Shown here: in pieces, positions 44,672-54,552 of the stretch | How the letters are laid out: every line of letters starts with the position of its first letter | Numbering within the stretch: position 1 is the first letter of the stretch | Origin: a virus | Lineage: Duplodnaviria; Caudoviricetes | IMG/VR virus record: IMGVR_UViG_3300032007_004013 | Coordinates: 1-64,000 of that record | Reading direction: 5' to 3' (one strand) | DNA: 64,000 nucleotides | Made by a program: the position numbers and the translations under genes | Notes under the pieces: model-generated | Databases searched by the model: none | Told to the model about the DNA's origin: nothing | What the model saw: only the letters and a program-made list of their open reading frames with translations

Positions 44672-45076
44672 TTAGTCTTCGGGATGTTCTTTCTCGATGT
44701 GCTTCAGGAGGTATGCTTTCTTGGTGTACTGCTTGCCGCAGATTGGGCAGCTCATGGACTTCTTTTCGGAAGGAGATTCTGCGGTCTGTGCAGTATCGAC
44801 AGGCTTTGCTTCTGCGTCCTCCGTGAGTTTCGCAACAGGTTCGGATTCAGCTTCAGCTACGACAGGTTCTGTGATTTCGGCTTCTTCCTTTACGGTGGGC
44901 GTTTCAGCAGCACTGTTGAGCTGTTGCTCTTCTTTAGGCTTCTCTTCCACGACCACCGGAGCAGAGGTTTCAGCTTTCTTTTTAGGGAATATAACTTCAT
45001 ATCCCCTGCTAAGATAATTAGGAATAAAAATATCCGCCACATACTTTGTGTCGTTTCCTTTCTTCATCAGAACCAT
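44672..45076 (-). CDS. hypothetical protein with C-terminal C2H2 zinc finger
   Basis: E/A/P-rich linker then CPICGKQYTKKAYLLKHIEKEH. Confidence 0.7.
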   Translation of the reverse strand: MVLMKKGNDTKYVADIFIPNYLSRGYEVIFPKKKAETSAPVVVEEKPKEEQQLNSAAETPTVKEEAEITEPVVAEAESEPVAKLTEDAEAKPVDTAQTAESPSEKKSMSCPICGKQYTKKAYLLKHIEKEHPED

Positions 45077-45090
45077 AGTAACACCTCCTC

Positions 45091-46452
45091 TTAGCCGAGG
45101 GAGATGATACGAGCAATCGGAATCATCTTATGAGCAAGGTACTTCTTACCTTCGGAGCCGTGGGTGCTTACGATCTCCCAATTCGCGCCGTTCTCAAGCT
45201 CGGCATCGGTGGGCGAAAGTCTCGCCATAGAAGCCATAGTGAAGCTGATACCGTAGGGAGCGAAGCACTTACGCTGACGCATAATCAGCGTGTCCTGACC
45301 GCCGTTCTTGGTGGCGTTACGCTCAGTCTCGTAAGGTACGGTTACACCGCAGTCGGTGTACTCGATCGCGCCCTCGCCGAGAATGTAGGTGACATAAGCA
45401 GTCGCAGATGTCGCAGCAGTCTTGGTAGTAGCAGCAACAGTACCTGCGGTAGAGGTCTTCGACACGGCAGGAGCGCCTTCGCCGTAGTAACCGGCTTTCT
45501 CGGTGAGAACCAGCTTGCCAGCCTCAGCACCTGTGCCTGCAACTGCGGTGTACTTCGCGTTGGTAGCGAGCGCGGCTTCGAGCTGCTCAACGATAGCTGC
45601 GGCAGTAACGGTGCTGCCAACAGTGACCTCTACACCTGCGACGACGATCTTATCGCCCTCGGCGAAGGTGCCGCCGGGAGTAACGTAGTACACACCTGCG
45701 GTGAGATACTGAGTGAAGGTGGGCATACCGTCATCAACGAGAACAGTCTTGCCGTTGAGGGTAGCAAGAGCGAGATCTCTCTCGATACCCTGAGCGTCCG
45801 TGTACTTCATGTAAGACAGAAGCTTCAGGTTCTCAAGGTTGGTCGCAGGCGTGGAGTGCATGATAGTGAGGCTGAACTTGCCCTTGTTATCACCGCAAGC
45901 CTTCTGGATTGCGCTGTTTAAAGTTGCTCCGCCGATGCAGCCTGCCTTCACTTCACCGGTTGCAGGGTTTGCAGTAACGTCCGTAGTGTGAGCCATTACG
46001 AACTTCGCGCCCTCGGCGTCGCTCATGCTGAAGACACCGTTCAGGATATGGATGATGGTCGCCTGATCGAGTTCCTCCTTGAAGTCGCTGATCTGCTCGG
46101 CGATGTTCTCGATGAAGTCCTTACCGCTGACATCACGGGTAAAGTCTCTTTCGGTCCATGCGCCGCCACGACCCACAACAACTCTGCTGTGCTTGTAGGT
46201 ATCGGTGCTGTTGCTCTCGATGTCCGTCTGACCGTCGTAGTTCACAACGGTGGAGCCGCTGAGAAGACCGTTCATGGCAGAGGTCATGTAGTTTCCGCCG
46301 TCATGATCGCCGAGTGTAGCCGCCAACTCAGGACGGGGGCGGATGGCTCTGGACTTAATCAGCTCATTTCTCTTGGGGTTGGGGATTCTTTCGACGTAGC
46401 CCTGAAAGACTTCGCCATTAAAGATTTTCTTATCAAATACAGAGAGTGACAT
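45091..46452 (-). CDS. Major capsid protein
   Basis: 453 aa after the scaffold gene; FNGEVF..YV, WTERDF, LNGKTVLVDD, NGGQDTL..RQR..APYGISF; strong codon bias. Confidence 0.92.
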   Translation of the reverse strand: MSLSVFDKKIFNGEVFQGYVERIPNPKRNELIKSRAIRPRPELAATLGDHDGGNYMTSAMNGLLSGSTVVNYDGQTDIESNSTDTYKHSRVVVGRGGAWTERDFTRDVSGKDFIENIAEQISDFKEELDQATIIHILNGVFSMSDAEGAKFVMAHTTDVTANPATGEVKAGCIGGATLNSAIQKACGDNKGKFSLTIMHSTPATNLENLKLLSYMKYTDAQGIERDLALATLNGKTVLVDDGMPTFTQYLTAGVYYVTPGGTFAEGDKIVVAGVEVTVGSTVTAAAIVEQLEAALATNAKYTAVAGTGAEAGKLVLTEKAGYYGEGAPAVSKTSTAGTVAATTKTAATSATAYVTYILGEGAIEYTDCGVTVPYETERNATKNGGQDTLIMRQRKCFAPYGISFTMASMARLSPTDAELENGANWEIVSTHGSEGKKYLAHKMIPIARIISLG

Positions 46453-46474
46453 TCTTTCTTCTTCCTTTCGTTAT

Positions 46475-47149
46475 TTAATCGAAGTCAATTGCCGCCTCCG
46501 GGTTTTCATTTTTGAGCTTCATCAGCTCAAGCAGGCTCTTCTTCTTCGGAGGGGGCGGTGTCTGCTTGTTTGACGCAAACTTGGGCGGAGGGGGAGTGTC
46601 TTCCTGCTTCGGCTCCTGCTGAGGTTCAGGCGGAGCTTCTACAACAAAGGCGTTCTTGTAGCCTTCATCGTTCATAAGACCTTCCATAAACTCAGTAGCG
46701 CCGAGGAACTTGCCATCCTCAAACGGGAAGTTCTTCTTAGCAAAAGCGGCTTTAACACCCTCTTTCGCAGGAACAGAAGAAAACTTGTAACCGGTGAGGA
46801 ACAGGTCCTGAGCAAACGCCCTTGCGTTGTCTTCAAGCTGCTTCTGAAGAGCTGCCGTGTCGTCCTGATACTTCTTTTCCCAATCAGCCGCAGACTTCTT
46901 GATGCCGTCTATGTCCATGTCCTTGTAGGACTGAATCGTAGCGTTTGCTTCGTCAAGCTGTGTCTTAATGCCGTTCAGTTCGGTTTCTTTCGCATCGAGC
47001 TTGGCTTTCGAGACGTAACCGCCGCTTGCGAGGTTAGCAAGCTTAATATCTTTGTTTGCGCCGAGCTTTTCGACAAGCTGATCGTATGTGAGGGATTCAG
47101 GATTGCCGTCTTCGGTAGTACCGAATAAGGCTTTGAGGTATTCGTACAT
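46475..47149 (-). CDS. Capsid scaffolding protein (GP20-like)
   Basis: GGYVSK.K...coiled coil...PPPKF...L.ELMK.KNENP; start MYEYL after AAGG. Confidence 0.85.
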   Translation of the reverse strand: MYEYLKALFGTTEDGNPESLTYDQLVEKLGANKDIKLANLASGGYVSKAKLDAKETELNGIKTQLDEANATIQSYKDMDIDGIKKSAADWEKKYQDDTAALQKQLEDNARAFAQDLFLTGYKFSSVPAKEGVKAAFAKKNFPFEDGKFLGATEFMEGLMNDEGYKNAFVVEAPPEPQQEPKQEDTPPPPKFASNKQTPPPPKKKSLLELMKLKNENPEAAIDFD

Positions 47150-47276
47150 GGTGTACCTTTCTTCGCTGATTTGGCTTAAACGTCGGTTCACTCCGACAAC
47201 TGCTATCTGCCTATATATCCCTGACAGAAAGGGAAATTAGCTGTTTCTTATAAACGCCCTACAGCTTTCGGGCATA

Positions 47277-47302
47277 AAAAAACGAGCAGCGTTAGCTACT
47301 CG
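47277..47302 (-). terminator. Rho-independent terminator-like hairpin
   Basis: CGAGTAGC-TAAC-GCTGCTCG followed by T6 on the minus strand. Confidence 0.6.
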
Positions 47303-47459
47303 ATTCTTTCAGTTCTTTAAGGAGCATGTTCTTGGCTTGCTCATTCGTGTACCTGTCTCCGTAATACCGAATGGTTCTTTTTCCATTCACCAAGAAAAGA
47401 AATCTATCTACGTCTGCGCTCTGAGGCAGACGGCTAAGTAAAGCCACTTTGAAACTCAT
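47292..47459 (-). CDS. small hypothetical protein (55 aa, not in ORF track)
   Basis: Read manually: MSFKVALLSRLPQSADVDRFLFLVNG... Confidence 0.45.
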   Translation of the reverse strand: MSFKVALLSRLPQSADVDRFLFLVNGKRTIRYYGDRYTNEQAKNMLLKELKESSS

Positions 47460-47478
47460 TCATTCTGCACTTCCTTGA

Positions 47479-47832
47479 TTACTTCTCGTAGGTTCCGAGG
47501 ACGTTTCTTGCTGCTCTGTCCTCTACACGTTTATTCATCCACAACAGAGCTTCCTCGATGTGGGTGAGGGCGATGGCGTTTTCTCTGGTTGCGAAATCAC
47601 CGGTTTGAAAGCCTTTGAGCCTGTCGCGGACGATTTCGAGAAGGTCGGTGTCGAGAACACCATTGACAGCGTTTTCATCATTTCTCGCGCCGTTCTGGAA
47701 TGTGATCTTGACCTCCACATCCACAGGAACTTTAATGAGGTATTCGTGATTTGCTCCGCCGTTGCCGGGTTCGTCTACCGCAAAAACAGTGTTAAGCTTG
47801 TTTCTCTTCTGGATTGTTATAAGTTCTCTCAT
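47479..47832 (-). CDS. tad1: Tad1 (Thoeris anti-defence 1 / Acb2-Tad1 family) signalling-nucleotide sponge
   Basis: MREL.TIQKR.KLN.V...G.GGA.HEY...FQ.GAR...[43 protein letters not shown] matches clostridial Tad1 as remembered. Confidence 0.88.
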   Translation of the reverse strand: MRELITIQKRNKLNTVFAVDEPGNGGANHEYLIKVPVDVEVKITFQNGARNDENAVNGVLDTDLLEIVRDRLKGFQTGDFATRENAIALTHIEEALLWMNKRVEDRAARNVLGTYEK

Positions 47833-47834
47833 TA

Positions 47835-49028
47835 TTAGCTTCCTTTCGTTGCTTTTCTATTCGCCCAAACAGCCTTGCTGCTAACGCTTCTGTTCCATCC
47901 GGCAACCCATTCGCGGTCGTTCTGCCTGATTCTCGCGTTTTCTGCAAGGAAGTCTTTAAGCCTTTGCTCTCTGTTTTTCAACAGCACTGAAGCCCTTTGA
48001 AAATCTGCGTACAATTCTTTTTCAAGCGCTTCACTGTCTGTTGATTCTATGGCTGAGTTCAGAAGTTGGCACTCTTTTTTTGACTGCCTAATTCTTCTTT
48101 CGTATGTTCGTTGCTTTTGCTGAAGTGCGTAGTCTTCGTCGTTATCTCTTCCTTCGTCAGCAGATGGATCCGGCGAGAACGCTCTTGTAGATAGACCTTC
48201 AAAGTACGGGTAAAAGCTATGGTAGCAGTTCCAACCGCATAAACCATCACCTTCTCCATACCCTGTTTCTTCAGCGAGATTTCCGTATTCTCTCGTTGTT
48301 CCGTTGACACAGTAAACCTGACCTTGCCAAACTGCGTGTGAAGGTCTTGCACCTGAGTGACTTGTTACTTCTACAAGGTCGCATCCCATTTCAGTAGCTC
48401 TTTCGAGCTGTAGCTTGGAAGAAGCTTGATTAACTCCTGTAATAACAGCTCTTCTAACAGCAACTTCTAAGCTTGATTCATGGCCTGTTGGATAAGCGAT
48501 CTTGTTTATCCCTTGCGATGCGATCTTCTTAATTGCCGTTTTAATCGCTGTTATAGGATCGAATGTTCCGGTAAGGATTTTTAGGAAAGCTTCATCTAAA
48601 ATGTTATTGAAGCCGATATTTGCCATATTAGCGGTAGTTTTGGTGAAGTTTGATAGAAGCTGTAGTGTATCTGATGTCCCTTGCAATAGCATTGCCATCA
48701 AGACAGGCGATTGTGTGAGCTTGATAGGAGAAAGCCCAACAGCTTTATAAATAGTGTCATCGAAAGCTAATGCTTTAGCTCCTGACTCTACCATAATGCG
48801 TTTGATTTCTTTTTCAGACAACCTTGTAGCATTGGATAGAATCTTGGTTACATCTCCGCTGAAATATCCAAATTCTCTTGCCCTTGCTAACTGCCATGAA
48901 GCGGTTTGAGTGAACTTTCCTGTTTTAGATATCCTTCTGACTATATCATCAAGTATCTCAACTTCGACTTGGCTGTAAACTTCAACTACAGGGTCGGCTA
49001 CGGTCATAAGATATTCAGGCTGTAACAT
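47835..49028 (-). CDS. Minor capsid protein (Phage_min_cap2, A118 gp4-like)
   Basis: AVRRAV.TG...VTSH.GARPSH..WQG.VY...GL.GWNC.HSFYP. Confidence 0.9.
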   Translation of the reverse strand: MLQPEYLMTVADPVVEVYSQVEVEILDDIVRRISKTGKFTQTASWQLARAREFGYFSGDVTKILSNATRLSEKEIKRIMVESGAKALAFDDTIYKAVGLSPIKLTQSPVLMAMLLQGTSDTLQLLSNFTKTTANMANIGFNNILDEAFLKILTGTFDPITAIKTAIKKIASQGINKIAYPTGHESSLEVAVRRAVITGVNQASSKLQLERATEMGCDLVEVTSHSGARPSHAVWQGQVYCVNGTTREYGNLAEETGYGEGDGLCGWNCYHSFYPYFEGLSTRAFSPDPSADEGRDNDEDYALQQKQRTYERRIRQSKKECQLLNSAIESTDSEALEKELYADFQRASVLLKNREQRLKDFLAENARIRQNDREWVAGWNRSVSSKAVWANRKATKGS

Positions 49029-49036
49029 ACATCCTC

Positions 49037-49234
49037 CTATCTAAACTCTCTTCCGCTGCGCTTATCTCTTACCTCAATTCTGGTTATCAGCTCGAATCCG
49101 CTCAAAGCGATGATGCCTTTTAGAACTTTGATAAGAGTGTTCACCCTGTATTCGAGATTGTTCTCCTTCTCTATACAAGCGTAAGCTGTCGGGTCAGGAT
49201 AGCCCTCGCTGTTGAGGAAATGGTTTTCTTTCAT
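49037..49234 (-). CDS. conserved small phage protein
   Basis: NSEGYPDPTAY motif. Confidence 0.7.
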   Translation of the reverse strand: MKENHFLNSEGYPDPTAYACIEKENNLEYRVNTLIKVLKGIIALSGFELITRIEVRDKRSGREFR

Positions 49235-49240
49235 TTTCCG

Positions 49241-49414
49241 TCATCCTTTGTAGTGGCATCTTCCGTTTCTGTAAGCGCCACAGTTTTCTTGCAGGCAATC
49301 CGCAAAGATGGCTCTGTTATCGAATTGCTGTATGACGGTAGAAAGACCGTTTCCGCCGCTTATACTACGACTGATAAGGTCTTCTTGCCGATGAACAGCG
49401 TAAGGGCATTTCAT
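49241..49414 (-). CDS. small Cys-containing protein
   Basis: MKCPY...F.DC.QENCGAY..GRC; start trimmed from 49588. Confidence 0.55.
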   Translation of the reverse strand: MKCPYAVHRQEDLISRSISGGNGLSTVIQQFDNRAIFADCLQENCGAYRNGRCHYKG

Positions 49415-49415
49415 C

Positions 49416-50924
49416 TTACTTTGATTCTTTTCCTGCTGATTTTGTTTCCTTTGCGTTGACATCTTCCTTCTGCTTCTCCTTGTCTTCGTCTTCATCTCCG
49501 TTTGCGATCTTTGCGAAACCGAGGATTTCATTGTCTGAAACCCCATCCATTTCATCGCATATTTTCCTTGCTGTGATTTCGTCTTCACCGTACCACTTCA
49601 TTCTGTATTGGTACTTAGGCATAAGCTTTTGAGCGACTTCGTTTTGATCTCTCATTCGCTCAACTTCAGCGTCGATAACGATGCTGTCATCCCATACATA
49701 CGTTGTGTTGTACTTGCCGTTCGGAGCGAGATTGTAGAGGGTAGCGAGGGCATACATGGCGTAAACGAGATCGTCGAGAGCATACTCAAGCGACTTCTGA
49801 ATATCGGTAACAGTGGAATATGATCGCTGCTTGACTATCTTGATTTCCGTAGCGCTTCTTGCTACAGTGTCAACATCTGAGAGTGTTCCTCTCGACAAAC
49901 AGCAAGCGTCCTCTATCTGTAGGAGGATTCTGTTCAGACCTGACATGTAGTTGGCATCACGAAGGGACGGAGCCCATTCTTTCATTAAGCTGTCGGTGCT
50001 CGCGGTAGCAGAGTCGAGATTGTTGGTTCTGTACAATCGCTCTTTTCCTTTGGGGAGAACAGGCATTCCGTTTACTCTCCTGAAAGCGTCCTCAGCTGCG
50101 TCGATGGCGAGTTCACCGCCTTCGTACTCCCAAAGCAACCTACTGTACTGTTCGTCAGCGTCTTTGATAAGGTTGACTGCTCTTGCGTAAACAGAAACAC
50201 CGAGAGGCGAGTTTTTATCTACCGTATTGCCTATCGGAATTTTGAAGTAGGCGAAAAGCGGTGACTCTATATCGTTGATCGTTACTTCCGGTTCAATATC
50301 AGCCCAATCATCGACTTCTGAAAGCTGACACGGTGTACCAATCGCTTCTTCTACGGACGAAACATACGCTTTGTTCGTTATAGTGTAATCTGTTCCGTTG
50401 AGTTCATGGCGTTCAAGTCTGCTGTAGACTTTCCTACCCTTCCAACTGCGGTATAGGAAGTACGCGGCAGTAATCTTGCCGGAATTGTTGTACGCAAGAG
50501 GGCAGAAGTAATCAGCCTGAACAACCTCCGTGATTATTCTTCCGTCAGAAACATAGGGCTTGAAGACGATTCCGCCACCTGCACAGGCGTATTCCGTGTT
50601 GACCCTTATATTCTTTCTGACCGATTGGAGCTGATCGCTGATAAAATCAGCCATCTCGGAACCTGAGACGTTTACTTCCATTTCAAGTGTGACAGATCTC
50701 GCTATATCAGAAGCGATGATCGCAGGCAGACCAAGCGTGATGGGATTATTCTTTAACCATTTCGCTTCATTGGAGAACATCGCCAGCCAATTCGTTATAG
50801 CATCCATCATGTCTGTTGAAGCTATCGTCTGTTCTTTTGTGACTTCAGCGATGCTCCGCATTACATTTCCACCTTTGAACATCGTTCTTATCCTCCCGAA
50901 AAACTCTTTGATTCTTTCAAACAT
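49416..50924 (-). CDS. Portal protein (A118/SPP1-like)
   Basis: 502 aa after TerL; PLFAYFK.P..N..D..SPLGVSVY...IE..CCLS.GT...SATEI...WDDSI..D. Confidence 0.92.
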   Translation of the reverse strand: MFERIKEFFGRIRTMFKGGNVMRSIAEVTKEQTIASTDMMDAITNWLAMFSNEAKWLKNNPITLGLPAIIASDIARSVTLEMEVNVSGSEMADFISDQLQSVRKNIRVNTEYACAGGGIVFKPYVSDGRIITEVVQADYFCPLAYNNSGKITAAYFLYRSWKGRKVYSRLERHELNGTDYTITNKAYVSSVEEAIGTPCQLSEVDDWADIEPEVTINDIESPLFAYFKIPIGNTVDKNSPLGVSVYARAVNLIKDADEQYSRLLWEYEGGELAIDAAEDAFRRVNGMPVLPKGKERLYRTNNLDSATASTDSLMKEWAPSLRDANYMSGLNRILLQIEDACCLSRGTLSDVDTVARSATEIKIVKQRSYSTVTDIQKSLEYALDDLVYAMYALATLYNLAPNGKYNTTYVWDDSIVIDAEVERMRDQNEVAQKLMPKYQYRMKWYGEDEITARKICDEMDGVSDNEILGFAKIANGDEDEDKEKQKEDVNAKETKSAGKESK

Positions 50925-50937
50925 TGTCCGTCACCTT

Positions 50938-52890
50938 TTATATAAATCTCGCTGCTTCTCTCTCTATCGTGTACTCAAAGGCGTTGAGTGTACCCGTTTC
51001 AGAGTTTGCACTTCTACTGTCATCTGTGCTCTTTTCAGACCAAGTGGCAGTAGTAAAGGCTCTTGCAAGTGTTTCGCAATCTTCCGTAAGGAATAAGCGA
51101 TTCTGAGCAAAGAGCCTTGTTGTCAATCTTATTCTGTTGTTTACATCATCATCTGCCGCAGTTCGCACTGTGATCGGAATGTTGTACTTGTCAGCAGAGT
51201 CCCTGATACACTTGAACAGGAATCTTTCTTTTGAATCACAATAAGCGTAATCAAGCTTGTTGTGGCGCTTTTGGATCTCACGACAAAAATCATTAAATTC
51301 TTTGCCAAGAGCATTTGTTTCAACTTCTCCGGTAAATGTCTTTGAAGCCAAAACAACAACTCTCTTGTGATTTTCTATGATGGCTGTGGCAACGATGGAG
51401 GTTCCTGAAACGGAGCTTCCTATGCTTATGCCGATGTTCACCTGCATAATGTGCATAGCGTGTACAGCACTGATAGGAATAATGACGGTTTCTGCGTTGT
51501 CGATAAATCCGTTGTAAACCTTATTCTGAGTGAAGCAAGAAAGACCAACAGCGTCTCCTCTATCAGGTGACTTAATTCCTCTTGCTTTCATTTCTTTCTT
51601 GCTTTCAAGCTGTAGTCTGCCATTGCTTGATATATGGTATTTCCTAACAGACAGTTGAGCAACAAGTTCTTCGTCGTTAGGAATAGAGATAGCTCTGCTT
51701 TCCATCTTGTCTTTAACTGTTGCCCACATATATGTAGCAATGTCTCCGTAGTGTTCTTCAGAACCGTCTTGTGGAGGGTTCTTTCCGAAGTTGACAGGTA
51801 CTATTTCGAGCCGCCTTAACCGCTCCTCCACCTTAACTTCTTCAAGCCTATCTGTAACACCGCCGCCAAGACCTGTATCATCTATGTTGCAGGTGATAAC
51901 TCCTTTGTACTGCGGATAGTCTTTTACCAACTTCCTGTACTGTATTACAATGTCACCGACAGTAGCCATAAGGTTTTGTCCGTGCCTGATTACAGGGAGC
52001 TTTATCATTCCTCCAACATTGGTAGCGATAATGGTTTCATCATCTCCGTATCGAGCTACGTCAACACCAATGGAGATCCTGTCGATCTTCTCTATTTCGA
52101 TTTCGTTGATGATCGTTTGCTCGACGAGGGGGAGAGGAATAAATACATCGTCTTCTTGCGTAGGGAAATCTCCGAGAACACGGACCTTCACTACGTTGCT
52201 TTCTTCGCCATACTTTCGTATGAGAGTTTCTATGCTTTGTTTGTTTGTTCTTTTGCTGTAAAGAGAATTGACCTTGTGGCACTTGTAAAGCGCCCTATCT
52301 CTGTTGTGACTGTCATAAAACGCTCCTGTTGTTCTTGTAGGGTTTCCGCACATAAGGAGCTTGTTGTTTGCGCCTGTGAGCGTACCAAATACAGGCTCAA
52401 GGACTTCATCTGAAACACCGGATGCTTCATCAATGATGAACAACATGTTGTCTTCGTGGAAGCCTTGCATGTTCTCAGGCTTTGATGCTGTCTTTGCGAC
52501 AGCAAACCATCTGCTTTCGCAGCCGCGCATAGCAACGTGCGTTTTTGTCCATACAAGTAATGCGCTTGCGAGTTCGCTTCTATCTATCCACTTTCTGACC
52601 TCAGACCAGAGAACATCGCTTAACTGTTGAGCTGTAGGAGCTGTAGCGACCACTCTCGCGTTTTCAAAACACGATAAAAACCATATAATCAGATTTGCTT
52701 CAAGGCAGGTCTTTCCAACGCCTTGTCCTGATCGTACAGATACTCTCGGACTTGAAGCTATATCCAAAGAAACGTTCTTTTGCCATTCATCAGGATCGAA
52801 ATGCGTTACTTCGTCGAAGAACACTGTCGGTTTTTTCTGATAAATAGTCATTCTTTCGTTCAGAAAGGATTTTCTTTGATTCGACTTCAT
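50938..52890 (-). CDS. terL: Terminase large subunit with extra C-terminal degenerate nuclease domain
   Basis: Walker A SGQGVGKT, Walker B IIDEAS, coupling CGNP, nuclease GVDVARYGDD and SPDRGDA. Confidence 0.95.
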   Translation of the reverse strand: MKSNQRKSFLNERMTIYQKKPTVFFDEVTHFDPDEWQKNVSLDIASSPRVSVRSGQGVGKTCLEANLIIWFLSCFENARVVATAPTAQQLSDVLWSEVRKWIDRSELASALLVWTKTHVAMRGCESRWFAVAKTASKPENMQGFHEDNMLFIIDEASGVSDEVLEPVFGTLTGANNKLLMCGNPTRTTGAFYDSHNRDRALYKCHKVNSLYSKRTNKQSIETLIRKYGEESNVVKVRVLGDFPTQEDDVFIPLPLVEQTIINEIEIEKIDRISIGVDVARYGDDETIIATNVGGMIKLPVIRHGQNLMATVGDIVIQYRKLVKDYPQYKGVITCNIDDTGLGGGVTDRLEEVKVEERLRRLEIVPVNFGKNPPQDGSEEHYGDIATYMWATVKDKMESRAISIPNDEELVAQLSVRKYHISSNGRLQLESKKEMKARGIKSPDRGDAVGLSCFTQNKVYNGFIDNAETVIIPISAVHAMHIMQVNIGISIGSSVSGTSIVATAIIENHKRVVVLASKTFTGEVETNALGKEFNDFCREIQKRHNKLDYAYCDSKERFLFKCIRDSADKYNIPITVRTAADDDVNNRIRLTTRLFAQNRLFLTEDCETLARAFTTATWSEKSTDDSRSANSETGTLNAFEYTIEREAARFI

Positions 52891-53330
52891 CGATCAGAGT
52901 CCTTTTCATTGTTAGTTTTGCTTGCGTTCTTTACAGCGCTTATCCAATCATCAACAGCATTGTTGCTTTTGTCTTCTTTGAGCACGGTCCTCTTGTGCCT
53001 TTCCACTTCGAGCTTGAACTTCGGAGAAATGCCAGCCATTTCAACCAGAAAGTTCATCGCGTTTACATCTCCACCCATAGCTTTCAAGAAAGCTCGCGCC
53101 ATCATAGCTACAATATTGGTGTAATCTTCTTCATTATCAAGACCTAATGCTTCGAGATTTCGTGTTACAGTCTCCGTTGTCGGAAGTTCGAGAATTAGCT
53201 TTGCGGCGGATTTGGCATCTCGCTTCTTTCGTCTTGCGACTCCGCTTGCCTTTCCGCCTTTGGAGCGAATTTCTCTCTGTTCTTCCTCTGTTCGTTCGTC
53301 AAAGGGGATAAGGTTATCATCACGAGCCAA
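52887..53330 (-). CDS. terS: Terminase small subunit (putative)
   Basis: NLIPF.ERT.EEQREI..KGGKASG.ARR pattern, directly upstream of TerL; TTG start after GGAGG. Confidence 0.75.
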   Translation of the reverse strand: MARDDNLIPFDERTEEEQREIRSKGGKASGVARRKKRDAKSAAKLILELPTTETVTRNLEALGLDNEEDYTNIVAMMARAFLKAMGGDVNAMNFLVEMAGISPKFKLEVERHKRTVLKEDKSNNAVDDWISAVKNASKTNNEKDSDR

Positions 53331-53371
53331 ATCTATCACCTCCAAGCCGGAAACGCAGCAAAAAGCGGTAG

Positions 53372-54493
53372 TTATCTGACAACTTTGAGTTCGAGAGGCT
53401 CGTTGATAAAGTGGTTTTCAAGAGCTATCGTATAAGCTCCGCAGTTGGCAAATGTAAGCGTATCTCCAACAGATAATTCTCCCGTGAAACCTCTATAGAC
53501 TATATCGCTCTCCATACAGGAATAGCCGAGCAGATCGACTCCTTGAAGGGATATTTTCTTGTTCGATGTGTGAGAAACGTCCATCGGAGGGTTTGCTTTA
53601 CGGTTGGTAAATCCGAGGTCAAACATTGAGCAATCAAGCGTTACAAACTTTTGACCTCTTATCGTTTTGATGTTTGTAACGTGCGCTCTGAGTTTTATCG
53701 CGTTGGCGATCAACGGTGTTCCGAGCTCAAGGATAATCTTCGGTGCATTTCCATCAGGAAACTCTCTTGCCAATGCTTCTGCGGTTACTCTTGCATAATC
53801 GTCGAATGTAGGGATATTTCCGCCAAACCACTCTACGAGCCTTTCGTCCATAAACCCGTACATTCCGCTTCCTAAGTCGATGTAGCGAACGCCGAGCATC
53901 TTTCCGATGGAAGCCATCATATCTACACGCGGCTTGTAATATACAAGGTCTCTCGTACCGTATGCGTGGTTATGGATGCCTTTCAGTACGAGGTTGGTGC
54001 TCAATCCAAGAAAATCAATGCACTTGTAATAATCTTCGCTTTTGTACTCAATGCCGAATCGAGAGTTTATTCCGTTGCCAACGTCAATGTTGAGCCGGAG
54101 ACCGATGGGGAAGACGCTGTTTCTCCTGATAACCAACTGATTCTTCATCTTTCCTATGTAGTCGTCGATTTCGACAAGCTCGTCATAGTTGTCTACATTG
54201 ACAATTCCTCCGTTTACCAGAAGTAAGCACTTGCCGTGTGTGTCCGGTATAACGCCGTTGTAGATGATTTCTGAGCTTTTATACCCGATAGACAAAGCCT
54301 TGCAATATTCGTTCTTTGACACAACCTCTGCGTAAACTTCGTTTCTTCTTATCTCCTGAAGCACTTCATAGTGAGAGTTTGTCTTAAAGCTGTACGACAA
54401 AGCAAGATCAACGCCTGCTTCTTCGTATGCTCGCTTAACTTCTTTTACGTTTCTTTCGAGCACACGCTTACTAAAAAGATAGTACGCATTCAT
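53372..54493 (-). CDS. PLP-dependent decarboxylase (fold III, Orn/Lys/DAP family)
   Basis: YSFKTN (PLP lysine), EVVS..E, YNG..., H.H..G, IDLGSG, ELG, G.SC.E.D, GD.L.F.NCGAYT; start MNAYY. Confidence 0.88.
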   Translation of the reverse strand: MNAYYLFSKRVLERNVKEVKRAYEEAGVDLALSYSFKTNSHYEVLQEIRRNEVYAEVVSKNEYCKALSIGYKSSEIIYNGVIPDTHGKCLLLVNGGIVNVDNYDELVEIDDYIGKMKNQLVIRRNSVFPIGLRLNIDVGNGINSRFGIEYKSEDYYKCIDFLGLSTNLVLKGIHNHAYGTRDLVYYKPRVDMMASIGKMLGVRYIDLGSGMYGFMDERLVEWFGGNIPTFDDYARVTAEALAREFPDGNAPKIILELGTPLIANAIKLRAHVTNIKTIRGQKFVTLDCSMFDLGFTNRKANPPMDVSHTSNKKISLQGVDLLGYSCMESDIVYRGFTGELSVGDTLTFANCGAYTIALENHFINEPLELKVVR

Positions 54494-54504
54494 ATTAACC
54501 TCAT

Positions 54505-54541
54505 AAAAAAAGCAGCCGCACTTTCGTGAGACTGCTCTTTG
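54505..54541 (-). terminator. Rho-independent terminator-like hairpin
   Basis: AGCAGTC..CAC-GAAA-GTG..GGCTGCT followed by a T-run, between the RarA-C-like and decarboxylase genes. Confidence 0.6.
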
Positions 54542-54552
54542 CTGTTTTTTCG

